Below are positions 8,582 to 17,262 of a DNA stretch of 64,000 bases, piece by piece. How positions within the stretch are numbered: position 1 is the first letter of the stretch; each line of letters starts with the position of its first letter. The notes under the pieces were generated by a model, which searched no databases, was not told where the DNA came from, and worked only from the letters and a program-made list of their open reading frames with translations. Where the stretch lies: positions 1,517 through 65,516 of the forward strand of contig CAYYSY010000312.1 in NCBI GenBank assembly GCA_964474355.1. The letters are read 5' to 3'. The translations under genes and the position numbers were made by a program. Origin of the DNA: an uncultured Spirochaetaceae bacterium (lineage in GTDB: Bacteria; Myxococcota_A; UBA9160; UBA4427).

Positions 8582-9514
8582 ATGATGGGGATGGACAGGT
8601 TGGACGAAGAGGCGGCCCGAGTCGGGTCGGGCACCGGACGCGATCGCAGCGAGCGCACGAAGGGCGCAGCCCGCACGCGGGCGCCGGGTGCCGGACCGCG
8701 CGTGGCGCGCGCCATGCTGCTGGGGCCGGTGGGCCTGGCTTGCGCCGTCGCCATCGCCTTCGGCTGGCGCACGCGCGACGAGTACTACGTGGTGCCCGAC
8801 GAAGGCCTCGGCTATGCGCTCGGCATCGTCGGGCTCGTGATGATGCTCCTGCTGCTGCTCTACTCCGTCCGCAAGCGCTGGTCGGTGCTCCGCAACGCCG
8901 GGCCCCTGCGTCACTGGTTCCACATACACATGGCGCTCGGCCTGCTCGGGCCGACCGCGATCCTCTACCACTCGAACTTCAGCCTGGGCTCGCTCAATGC
9001 GAACGTCGCGCTGCTCTGCATGCTGACGGTGAGCGCGAGTGGAATCGTCGGACGCTTCATCTACACGCGGATCCACTACGAATTTCGCGGCCGGGTCGCG
9101 AGCCTCGCGGATCTTCGCGCGGAGGCGCAGGCGGAGGGCGCGGTGCTGGCCGAGGCGACGCGTGTCGCGCCGCGGATCTCCGAGGTGCTCGACGCGCACC
9201 GCGCGTGGGCCTTTCGCGGCCGCAGCCTGCCGGGCCGCCTCGCGATGATCACGGTCGTCGGCATGCGTGGGCGCGTGGCGCGCCGCCGGGCGCTGCGCGC
9301 GTGGCGCCGATCGGCATCCTCGAACCGCGCGACCTCGCCTGCAGCGCACGACGTGCGCCGGGCCGTCAAGGCGCAGATCGCGGCCATTCGGCGCGTGGCG
9401 GAGTTCTCGACGTACGAGCGCTTCTTCGCCCTGTGGCACGCGCTCCATCTCCCCTTCTGCGTCGGTCTCTATGCGGCCGCGACGGTGCACGTCGTCGCGG
9501 TCCACATGTACTGA
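8582..9514 (+). CDS. Polytopic membrane protein (about 5 TM) with His-rich helices; possible b-type haem or quinol-interacting subunit
   Basis: The start is uncertain: ATG at 8582, 8591 or 8714 (MLLGPVGLACAVAIAFGW). TM helices include GYALGIVGLVMMLLLLLYSV, HWFHIHMALGLLGPTAILYHS, NVALLCMLTVSASGIVGRFIY and FALWHALHLPFCVGLYAAATVHVVAVHMY. It lies directly upstream of two multihaem cytochromes (23-nt gap). The N-terminal part of the 8066 ORF is Arg/Ser-rich and is not used. Confidence 0.6.
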   Translation: MMGMDRLDEEAARVGSGTGRDRSERTKGAARTRAPGAGPRVARAMLLGPVGLACAVAIAFGWRTRDEYYVVPDEGLGYALGIVGLVMMLLLLLYSVRKRWSVLRNAGPLRHWFHIHMALGLLGPTAILYHSNFSLGSLNANVALLCMLTVSASGIVGRFIYTRIHYEFRGRVASLADLRAEAQAEGAVLAEATRVAPRISEVLDAHRAWAFRGRSLPGRLAMITVVGMRGRVARRRALRAWRRSASSNRATSPAAHDVRRAVKAQIAAIRRVAEFSTYERFFALWHALHLPFCVGLYAAATVHVVAVHMY

Positions 9515-9536
9515 GCGTCGACGGTTGGCTTCGAAG

Positions 9537-11144
9537 ATGCGATTCGCGGGACGGCACGGTGAGACCGGGTGTGCGACGCCGTGGCGCTCGCTGATCCTCG
9601 CGGCGGTCTTGCTCCTGAGCGCCACGCAGGCGACGGCCGCGGGGCTGGAGGATCTCGTGTCGCCCGGCGATCTGATCGCCGCTCACGAGCGCGAGACGAA
9701 GGAGTGCGGTGACTGTCACGAGCGCTTCGATCGAAGCTCGCAGAGCAGGCTGTGCCTCGTCTGTCACGAGGAGGTCGCGGATGACGTCCAGCGCGGTCGA
9801 GGACTCCATGGGCGACTCGGCGCGGGCGACGGCAGCGAGTGCCGGGTCTGCCACACCGACCACAAGGGCGAGGCCGCGGACATCGTGGGTCTCGTGAAGG
9901 AGTCGTTCGATCATCGCCGCACGGACTTTGCGCTCGAAGGGCTGCACGGCTCGGTGCCGTGCGCCGACTGCCACGCGAAGGGCGAGCGCTACCGGGAGGC
10001 GGAGCCCGGCTGCGCGACCTGTCACGGCGACGCCGATCCGCATCGCGGCCAGCTGGGCGACGATTGCCAGCAATGCCACACGCCGCGCGACTGGACGTCG
10101 GTCGAGTTCGATCATGCGTCGACGAAGTTCCCTCTCGAGGCGGGCCACGCCGACGCGGCGTGCGCCTCGTGTCATCCGAGGGGACGCTTCGAGGCCGTGT
10201 CGACCGACTGCGTGTCGTGTCATCGCGTCGACGACGCGCACCGCGGACGGCTCGGCAACGCGTGCGGCGACTGTCACGATCCGTCGGGCTGGGACCGGAC
10301 GGTCTTCGACCACGACCGCAAGACGCGCTTCGCGTTGCGGGGCGCTCACGCCCGCATCGACTGTCGCGCGTGCCACGTCTCGGAGCCGAGCGAGGTCGAG
10401 CTGTCGATGGACTGTGTGAGCTGCCATCGCCTCGACGACGATCACCGCGGCGCGCGCGGCAAGCAATGCGGCGACTGTCACCGCACGCAGTCGTGGTCGC
10501 GCAGCCACTTCGACCACACACGAGACGCGAGCTTCGCGCTGCACGGAGCCCACGCCAGCGTCGCGTGCGAGCTCTGCCACACCGGCAGCCCTGCGACGGC
10601 AAAGACGCCCACGCGCTGTGTGGAATGTCACGAGACCGAAGACGTGCATCGCGGTACCCTCGGCGCCGACTGCGGGCGGTGTCACACGAACGCGAGCTGG
10701 TCGCGCCGGGTAACCTTCGATCACGACTTCACCGACTTCCCGCTGCTGGCCCTCCACCAGCTCGCCTCGTGTGAGGACTGCCACGCGAGCCACCGCTTCG
10801 CCGACGCCGCGACCGACTGCATCGGCTGCCACGCGCGCGACGACGCCCACGAGCGCCGGCTTGGGAACGACTGCGCGCGGTGCCACAATCCGAACGGGTG
10901 GCGCTTCTCGCAGTTCGAACACGAGAGAGAGACGGACTTCGCGCTGACCGGTGGACACGAGTCGCTCGAGTGCGTCGCCTGCCACGTGAAGCCCACGTCG
11001 GGGCCGTCGACGAAGCTCTCCGCGTCGCCGCGGTGTGCCACGTGCCATCTGAGCGACTCGCCGCACGATGACGCGTACGGGCGGGACTGCCAGCGCTGCC
11101 ACGTCGTCGAGTCGTGGGAGAGGACGAAGCAGGGGGTGCGATGA
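9537..11144 (+). CDS. Multihaem c-type cytochrome, 21 CXXCH motifs (7 x c7-like trihaem modules)
   Basis: The ATG at 9537 was verified. Signal peptide: WRSLILAAVLLLSATQATAAG. I counted 21 CXXCH motifs: CGDCH, CLVCH, CRVCH, CADCH, CATCH, CQQCH, CASCH, CVSCH, CGDCH, CRACH, CVSCH, CGDCH, CELCH, CVECH, CGRCH, CEDCH, CIGCH, CARCH, CVACH, CATCH, CQRCH. The recurring module is CxxCH..DxHxGxLGxxCxxCHxxxxWxxxxFDHxxTxFxLxGxHxxxxCxxCH. Confidence 0.92.
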   Translation: MRFAGRHGETGCATPWRSLILAAVLLLSATQATAAGLEDLVSPGDLIAAHERETKECGDCHERFDRSSQSRLCLVCHEEVADDVQRGRGLHGRLGAGDGSECRVCHTDHKGEAADIVGLVKESFDHRRTDFALEGLHGSVPCADCHAKGERYREAEPGCATCHGDADPHRGQLGDDCQQCHTPRDWTSVEFDHASTKFPLEAGHADAACASCHPRGRFEAVSTDCVSCHRVDDAHRGRLGNACGDCHDPSGWDRTVFDHDRKTRFALRGAHARIDCRACHVSEPSEVELSMDCVSCHRLDDDHRGARGKQCGDCHRTQSWSRSHFDHTRDASFALHGAHASVACELCHTGSPATAKTPTRCVECHETEDVHRGTLGADCGRCHTNASWSRRVTFDHDFTDFPLLALHQLASCEDCHASHRFADAATDCIGCHARDDAHERRLGNDCARCHNPNGWRFSQFEHERETDFALTGGHESLECVACHVKPTSGPSTKLSASPRCATCHLSDSPHDDAYGRDCQRCHVVESWERTKQGVR

Positions 11145-12244
11145 AGATGCGCGACCACGTGAATCCCCCGACGATCATCGCCCTGGCAATGGCGCTCGCC
11201 CTGGTCTGGGCACTCTCGATGGAACGGCGCGCCGGGGCGGAGGAGGGCAGGGAGACCGACAGCCGCGCCGAGTCGGAGATCGTCTTCGACGAGCGCTTCG
11301 ACCACGTCGGCACGCGCTTCATCCTGACCGGCTCGCACGAAGGCGTCGCGTGCGAGAGCTGCCACGCGATGGGCGTCTTCCGCGGAACGCCGATGTCGTG
11401 CGGCTGGTGCCACGACGGCTCGGGCACGCGGGCCGAGTCGGGCAAGCCGCTCAGCCACGTTCCGACCTCGAACCAGTGCGACGACTGCCACACGACGTTC
11501 ACGTGGCTGGAGGTCCGCTTCGAGCACAGCGGGGTGACGGGCGCGTGCACGAGCTGCCACAACGACGTCCAGGCCGAGGGCAAGCCGCTGGGGCACGTCG
11601 TCACGAACGAGCAGTGCGATTTCTGTCACAACACGTTCGTGTGGCAGTCCATCCGCGTCGATCACTCGAACATCACGGCACCCTGCTCGAGCTGTCACAA
11701 CAACGTCGACGCGACGGGCAAGCCGATGGATCACATCGTCACGAGCTCGGAGTGCGACGCTTGTCACTCGACCCGCGCCTGGGTCCCTGCGACGTTCGAC
11801 CACGCGGGCATCGTGAGCGACTGCGCGAGGTGTCACAACGACGTCGATGCGTCGGGCCTGCCGGATGGGCACTTCATCACGATGCAGGACTGCAGCGCGT
11901 GCCACACGACGAACGCCTGGCGCCCGGACACCTTCCGGCACATGTCGGCGAACTATCCGGGTGACCACGCGCGTGATCTCGATTGCACCGAGTGTCATCC
12001 GGGCAACAGCGAGATGGTCGTCTATACCGACGATCCGAACCTGGCGCCGTATTGCGCGGGCTGCCACAAGAACGACTTCGATCCCGATCCGCACAAGCAG
12101 CACGAGAATCCGGATCACGACTACACGGCGGACGAGCTCGCCGACTGCACCGGCGCGTGCCACATCTACACCGACTCGAGCCTCACTGTGATCAAGGAGG
12201 CGCGCAGCGGCGAGCACCGCGTGAGCGACCGCGACTTCGACTAG
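11141..12244 (+). CDS. Multihaem c-type cytochrome, 11 CXXCH plus one CX3CH motif
   Basis: The ATG at 11141 overlaps the previous stop (ATGA). Signal or anchor: PPTIIALAMALALVWALS. Motifs: CESCH, CGWCH, CDDCH, CTSCH, CDFCH, CSSCH, CDACH, CARCH, CSACH, CTECH, CAGCH, plus CTGACH. The repeating dihaem unit is CxxCHNxVxAxGKPxxHxxTxxxCxxCHxTxxWxxxxFDH. Confidence 0.9.
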   Translation: MKMRDHVNPPTIIALAMALALVWALSMERRAGAEEGRETDSRAESEIVFDERFDHVGTRFILTGSHEGVACESCHAMGVFRGTPMSCGWCHDGSGTRAESGKPLSHVPTSNQCDDCHTTFTWLEVRFEHSGVTGACTSCHNDVQAEGKPLGHVVTNEQCDFCHNTFVWQSIRVDHSNITAPCSSCHNNVDATGKPMDHIVTSSECDACHSTRAWVPATFDHAGIVSDCARCHNDVDASGLPDGHFITMQDCSACHTTNAWRPDTFRHMSANYPGDHARDLDCTECHPGNSEMVVYTDDPNLAPYCAGCHKNDFDPDPHKQHENPDHDYTADELADCTGACHIYTDSSLTVIKEARSGEHRVSDRDFD

Positions 12245-13158
12245 GCGTTGCCCACGAGCTCGAGTGCGCCCCGTGCGCCGGCGTGGCCGCCGTCGGGCAG
12301 CAGCCGCGTCTCCATGCCGAAGCTGGCGCCGACGCGGACCAGGATCTTCTGGAGCGCCGGGTTGTCGTTCAGCGTGCTGCCGCCGAAGACCCAGCGCGGC
12401 GTCTGCGTCATGGCCGAGACGCCGGCGCAGACGAGCGCCACGTTCTCGGCGACGAGGCTCATCACGCCCACCGCGAGGTCCTCGCGGCTCGGGGCGCCGG
12501 CCTCGCCGCGTCCCTCGGCGAGCCAGCGGCTGAGCTTTCCGAACGCCGACGCGGTCGTCTCGCCCGGCAGGGCGATCTCGCCCGCTTCGTAGATGTCCGC
12601 GACGAGCAGGTCGACGCGCGATGGATCGCCGCGACCGGCCAGCTCGCAGAGCTCGGCGAAGCTCTCGCAGCCGGTCAGCGCCACGCCGAGGCCGAGCACG
12701 GTGCCGCCGCCGAGCGCGGTGCCGCCGACACGCAGCACGTCGCCGTCGGCGACGCGCATGACCGATGTGCCCGTGCCGAGCGAGATCAGCAGATAGGGTG
12801 CGCTCTCGTCGAAGCCCTCGCCGTCCGCGTCGCCCAGCTGGGCGTGGGCGCCCGCGCCCCAGGCCGCGAACTCCTGGAAGTGGCCGGTGCCCGTGGCGCC
12901 ACGCTCGGCGCAGCGGGCCTCGATGACCTTCGCGCCACAGCCCGTGAGCCCGACCCGGTCGGGCTGGAGCCGCGCGACCTCGTCCATGACGTCGGCGACG
13001 TGACCGGAGAGCAGCGTCTCGTAGCGGACGTCGCCCGCGTCGGTTCGTACCGCGAGCTTGGCCAGCGTCGCGCCCGCGTCGATGCCGACGGTCGTGCCGC
13101 CATTGCCTCGAAAGTCGTTTTCTTGCTGGGGATTCAATGGGTTACACTCGCCCGCCAA
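12241..13158 (-). CDS. coaW: Type II pantothenate kinase-like (fumble/CoaW) ASKHA-fold ATPase
   Basis: Motifs: TVGIDAGATLAKL (phosphate-1), LLISLGTGTSV, GGTALGGGTVLGLG. TTG at 13158 is the only in-frame start upstream of the first motif. Its stop overlaps the cytochrome stop on the opposite strand (CTAG at 12241-12244). Confidence 0.55.
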   Translation of the reverse strand: MAGECNPLNPQQENDFRGNGGTTVGIDAGATLAKLAVRTDAGDVRYETLLSGHVADVMDEVARLQPDRVGLTGCGAKVIEARCAERGATGTGHFQEFAAWGAGAHAQLGDADGEGFDESAPYLLISLGTGTSVMRVADGDVLRVGGTALGGGTVLGLGVALTGCESFAELCELAGRGDPSRVDLLVADIYEAGEIALPGETTASAFGKLSRWLAEGRGEAGAPSREDLAVGVMSLVAENVALVCAGVSAMTQTPRWVFGGSTLNDNPALQKILVRVGASFGMETRLLPDGGHAGARGALELVGNA

Positions 13159-13169
13159 TTGGAACTGCC

Positions 13170-15119
13170 ATGTATACCGCGTTCTACGGACTTCGCGAGA
13201 AGCCGTTCAGCCTGACACCGAATCCCCGCTTCCTCTTCCTGGCCGAGAGCCACCGGGAGGCGCTCGCCCATCTGCTGTATGGGCTCGAGCAGGGGGAGGG
13301 GTTCATCGTCGTGTCGGGCGAGGTCGGCACGGGCAAGACGACCATCTGCCGCACCCTGCTCGAGCGCCTCGGCGTCGAGACCGAGCTCGCCTTCCTCTTC
13401 AATCCGTCGGGCACTGCCGACGAGATGCTGCAGAGCGTGAACGAGGAGTTCGGGCTGCCGGCGACGGGGCTCTCGCGGCGCGAGCTGCTCTCGCAGCTGA
13501 ACCGGTTCCTGCTCGACAAGAATCGCGAGTCGAAGCGCGTCGTGCTGATCATCGACGAGGCGCAGAACCTGTCCACCACGACGCTCGAGCAGGTGCGTCT
13601 GCTCTCGAACCTCGAAACGACGACGTCGAAGCTGATCCAGATCATCCTGCTCGGTCAGCCCGAGCTCGGCGAGAAGCTCGACAGCGAAGAGCTGCGGCAG
13701 CTGCGCCAGCGCATCGGCGTGCGCTGGCAGCTCTGTCCCCTGAGCCAGGCGGAGACGGGGCAGTACGTGCGGCACCGGCTCCGCGTAGCCGCGGGCGCCG
13801 ACCGCAGCGCGCTCTTCAGCGATGGCGCGCTTGCCGAGGTGCACAAGCGCACGGGTGGTGTGCCGCGGCTCGTGAACGTGCTCTGTGATCGCGCTTTGCT
13901 CGCGGGCTATGCGGCCGAGGCCGCGCAGATCGACGCCGAGCTCGTGAAGCAGGCGGCGCGCGAGATTCGCGATCTGCAGGGCGAGGCGTTCGGCAGCAAG
14001 GGGCGCCGCCGTCGTGCTCGACATGCGTGGTGGCTCGCTCCGCTTGCGGCCGTGTTGGCGGCGCTCGCCGTGGGCGCCGGCCTCTGGCTCGGGCGCGGCG
14101 ACGGGGGCAGGGCGATCCGAAGCCTGATCGACGGTGTGGGCTCGGAAGGGCCGCCTGCAGTGTCTGCGCCCGCGGCGCCGGCTCGCACGGCACGGTCCTC
14201 CGAGCTGCCCCCGGTCTCGGCGCGCCCGCCGGGCGCCGAGACGTCCGCACCCCGGGCCGGACGCGATCCGGCGAGTGCATTGCGTGGCGACGCCGTTGCG
14301 ATCCAAACGGGACACGACGCGTCCTCCGCGGCCGTCTTCGATGCCGAGTGGCAGGCGAGCCGTGACGCGCGAGGCCCGCGGCCCGAGGCGCCAGCCAACG
14401 GATTCCCCGGCAGCGAAGCGGATGCGCTGCGTGACGACGCCGGGGATGGCAGCTTCCTCGCGCACTTGCTCGCCGAGGTGCCGGCGTCGACGACCCGGGC
14501 ACTCGCCGTGACCGAGATCCTCCACGTCTGGGGCAAGCCGGCGGAGGGCGTATCGGGGGCGACCGAGGCGCTGGCGCTCGCGCGGCTGCGCGACGCAGGG
14601 CTCGCCGTGCACACGGTGCTCGCGAGCTCGCTCGAAGAGCTCGCCCTGCTCGATCATCCGGCGCTCATCGAGGTGCGCGACGGCGAGGGCGAGACGCACT
14701 GGCTGGCGCTCGTCGAGCTGCGGCCGTCGGTCGCGTTCGTGGGGGGCGTCGTCGACCGCGGGCCGATCGGCGTGTCGCACGAGGCGCTCGAGGGCCACTT
14801 CGAAGGGCGTGCCTACGTCGCGTGGTCGCCCGGCTTCGAGCTCCTTGGCGCGCCGATGCTGAGCGCGGGCTCCCAGGGCATGCCCGTGCGCTGGGTGCAG
14901 CAGGCACTCGTCGAGCTCGGATATCTCAGCGCCGTCGCGGCGGTGCCGGACGACGGGAGCGCGGTGTACGACGCGGCCACGCGCCGGGGCATCGAGCGCT
15001 TCCAGCGTGCCCAGGGCCTGCGGCAGGACGGCATCACCGGTCCGATCACGCTCATGCGCCTCGGCGATGCGCTCGGCCGCAACGCACGCCCGCATCTGCG
15101 CGCGGGGGGCGCGGGATGA
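13170..15119 (+). CDS. gspA: GspA/ExeA-like AAA ATPase with a C-terminal peptidoglycan-binding domain
   Basis: N-terminus: MYTAFYGLREKPFSLTPNPRFLF. Walker A: SGEVGTGKTT. Walker B: VVLIIDEAQNL. A TM helix (WWLAPLAAVLAALAVGAGLWL) is present. The C-terminal PG_binding_1-like segment is VRWVQQALVELGYL...IERFQRAQGLRQDGITGPIT. Confidence 0.85.
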   Translation: MYTAFYGLREKPFSLTPNPRFLFLAESHREALAHLLYGLEQGEGFIVVSGEVGTGKTTICRTLLERLGVETELAFLFNPSGTADEMLQSVNEEFGLPATGLSRRELLSQLNRFLLDKNRESKRVVLIIDEAQNLSTTTLEQVRLLSNLETTTSKLIQIILLGQPELGEKLDSEELRQLRQRIGVRWQLCPLSQAETGQYVRHRLRVAAGADRSALFSDGALAEVHKRTGGVPRLVNVLCDRALLAGYAAEAAQIDAELVKQAAREIRDLQGEAFGSKGRRRRARHAWWLAPLAAVLAALAVGAGLWLGRGDGGRAIRSLIDGVGSEGPPAVSAPAAPARTARSSELPPVSARPPGAETSAPRAGRDPASALRGDAVAIQTGHDASSAAVFDAEWQASRDARGPRPEAPANGFPGSEADALRDDAGDGSFLAHLLAEVPASTTRALAVTEILHVWGKPAEGVSGATEALALARLRDAGLAVHTVLASSLEELALLDHPALIEVRDGEGETHWLALVELRPSVAFVGGVVDRGPIGVSHEALEGHFEGRAYVAWSPGFELLGAPMLSAGSQGMPVRWVQQALVELGYLSAVAAVPDDGSAVYDAATRRGIERFQRAQGLRQDGITGPITLMRLGDALGRNARPHLRAGGAG

Positions 15120-16159
15120 GCACGATCCTCAAGGCGCTCAAGAAGCTCGAGCACGACAAGCAGGTCGACGCCGCGCAAAGCCGCGCCCACGATCCGCTCG
15201 CGCCCGCCCCCGAGCCGATGGTGGCGCCCAGGCCAGAGCCCGAGGGCGAGTGGCGGGGACTGTGGGGGCTGATCGCCGGAGTCGCCGCCCTGTTCTGTGT
15301 GGGTGTCGGGTTCGGCGTCTATACCCTTTCGCGCGACGAGGGCGGCTCTGCCTCGACGCCCGCCGTGGCGGCTGCGCCCGGCGCGGGTGGAGGCATGGTG
15401 CTCGCGGCGCCGGCCCGGCCGGACTTCCACCGCATGCCGCCGGTCGCGGGCGTCGAGCCGGTGGGCGCCGGCTCGGGCGCAACGTCTCCTCGTTCTTCAC
15501 AGCCGACGCGGCTCGCTGCGGCCTCGTCGGCGCCAGACCCGTGGGAGGAGGCGGCCACGGCCACGACCACGAATTCGGCGTCACCCGACGCGGCCGCCCG
15601 CCCGCCGGACCGGCCTGCGACGCCCGTCGTCGCTGCCCCGCCTCCGACTCGGGCTCCGTCCAGCCCGACGCCGGCCGCATCCACGGCGCCGCCCGCTGCG
15701 TCGCGCACGGCCCCCTCGCCGGTCGCCCCTTCGACGCAGGCGTCGCGCGATGTGCCGGAGCCGTCGGGCGTACCCATCGCCGCGCTTCCCGTCATCGACC
15801 TGCCCGAGGAAGAGCCGCCTGCGGCCGTGTCGGCGCCCCCCGAGCCCGCGGCGTCCGTTCCCGCCGAGCCCGCGCCGGAGTCGAGCGCCGCGGCGGTCGC
15901 AGAGGTGCCGGCTCGTCCCGGTCTCGGGAACGTCGTCGTGAGTGACGCGGCCGAGCGCGTCGACGTGAAGGTGCTGAAGACGGTCTGGCACCCGAAGCCC
16001 GACCGGCGCTCGGCTCGGCTCGAGCTCTCGAATCGCGAGAGCCCCGTCGAGGTCCACGAGTCGGATCTGGTGGAGGGCTACGTGGTGGAGGAGATCACGC
16101 CTTCGAAGGTCCTGCTCTCGAAGGACGGCGTGACGCTCACGCGACGCGTAGGGGACTGA
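15116..16159 (+). CDS. gspB: GspB/ExeB-like protein (N-terminal MSxILxALKK box, TM, Pro/Ala-rich linker, C-terminal GspB-type domain)
   Basis: The ATG at 15116 overlaps the gspA stop (ATGA). Sequence: MSTILKALKKLEHDKQ; TM helix GLIAGVAALFCVGVGFGVYTL; C-terminus VKVLKTVWHPKPDRRSARLEL...VEGYVVEEITPSKVLLSKDGVTLTRRV. Confidence 0.7.
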   Translation: MSTILKALKKLEHDKQVDAAQSRAHDPLAPAPEPMVAPRPEPEGEWRGLWGLIAGVAALFCVGVGFGVYTLSRDEGGSASTPAVAAAPGAGGGMVLAAPARPDFHRMPPVAGVEPVGAGSGATSPRSSQPTRLAAASSAPDPWEEAATATTTNSASPDAAARPPDRPATPVVAAPPPTRAPSSPTPAASTAPPAASRTAPSPVAPSTQASRDVPEPSGVPIAALPVIDLPEEEPPAAVSAPPEPAASVPAEPAPESSAAAVAEVPARPGLGNVVVSDAAERVDVKVLKTVWHPKPDRRSARLELSNRESPVEVHESDLVEGYVVEEITPSKVLLSKDGVTLTRRVGD

Positions 16160-16216
16160 AGCAAGCGGGGCCTCGAGCGACGCGTGGGGCGCTCAGCGGA
16201 GCGGTGTCTCGCCCGT

Positions 16217-17164
16217 TCAGGCGGATCGCACCTCGCCCTGTCGCTCGTCGCACGGTGACACTTCGTCGGGCTCGTTCTCGCGCAGCGAGATCGTGCCGTT
16301 CGACGTCCGCAGCCGGATCGGTGCGCCGCCGCGTCCGAGGCGACCGCGCACCCGGCCGCCCGGCTCCTCGCCACCGCCAGTGCCGCCGAGATCGAAGTCG
16401 CTGCGGATCACGCCGTTGTCGACGCGCACGTCGACCTCGGCGTCGGAATCAGCGGGCAGCTCGAGCACGATTCGTCCGTTGCTCGTGGCGAGGCTCACAC
16501 CCTCGCGGGCGAGCTCGTGCAGGTGCGCATGGATCAGACCGTTCGACGTGCTGGCGTCGAGGGGACCGCGATGATCGCCCACCTGGATCTTGCCGTTGCT
16601 CGAGCGTGCGATCAGTCGACCCACGGTGCAGCCGCACACGACCTTTGCGTTCGCCGTCGTGATGTCGACGTCACCGACGACGTCGTCGACGCGCACCGAG
16701 CCATTGCTCGACTGCGCGTGGAAGGCGCAGCGCAGACCCTGCACGCAGAGCTTGCCGTTGGAGGTCTGCGCGTGGACCTCGAGGCCGCGGGGTACGCAGA
16801 TGTCGAGGTCGGCGGTGCCGTGGCGGTTCCAGCGGCGCGGAATCACGACCTCGAGCTCGAGCACGCCGTTCACGACGTTCTGGTCGAGGCCGATCGAGTC
16901 GAGCAGGTCGCCCGCGGCCTCACTGCACTCGGCGCGCGCGTGCTTGCGTGCGCGCACGTAGATGTCGTCGCGGTCCTCGCCCACGATGCGGATCTTGCCG
17001 TTGGCGTTGAGCACGTCCATGCGTCGGCCCGACGGCATGGTGAGGGTCATCTCGATGTCGGCATGCGCGCTCTCGCTCCAGGGGATGCCGGAGAGGAGGC
17101 TGCGCAGGAACCCGCCGAAGCCGGTCCGTGATTCGCGCTCGTCGTTTTTCGAGTCGGTGTCCAT
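16217..17164 (-). CDS. DUF4097-type beta-strand-repeat protein (putative adhesin fold)
   Basis: ATG at 17164. Reiterated SNG(K/R/T)I units are present: NANGKIRIVG, TSNGKLCVQG, SSNGSVRVDD, SSNGKIQVGD, TSNGLIHAH, TSNGRIVLEL, TSNGTISLR. Confidence 0.55.
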   Translation of the reverse strand: MDTDSKNDERESRTGFGGFLRSLLSGIPWSESAHADIEMTLTMPSGRRMDVLNANGKIRIVGEDRDDIYVRARKHARAECSEAAGDLLDSIGLDQNVVNGVLELEVVIPRRWNRHGTADLDICVPRGLEVHAQTSNGKLCVQGLRCAFHAQSSNGSVRVDDVVGDVDITTANAKVVCGCTVGRLIARSSNGKIQVGDHRGPLDASTSNGLIHAHLHELAREGVSLATSNGRIVLELPADSDAEVDVRVDNGVIRSDFDLGGTGGGEEPGGRVRGRLGRGGAPIRLRTSNGTISLRENEPDEVSPCDERQGEVRSA

Positions 17165-17262
17165 GTGGCTATCGACGCCGAGCGACGGGGTGCGGCCGCT
17201 GCCTCGCATCGCGCCGCCCTGCGTGCGCGCACCCGCTCATGGGCTCGCGCACGAGGTTGGCG

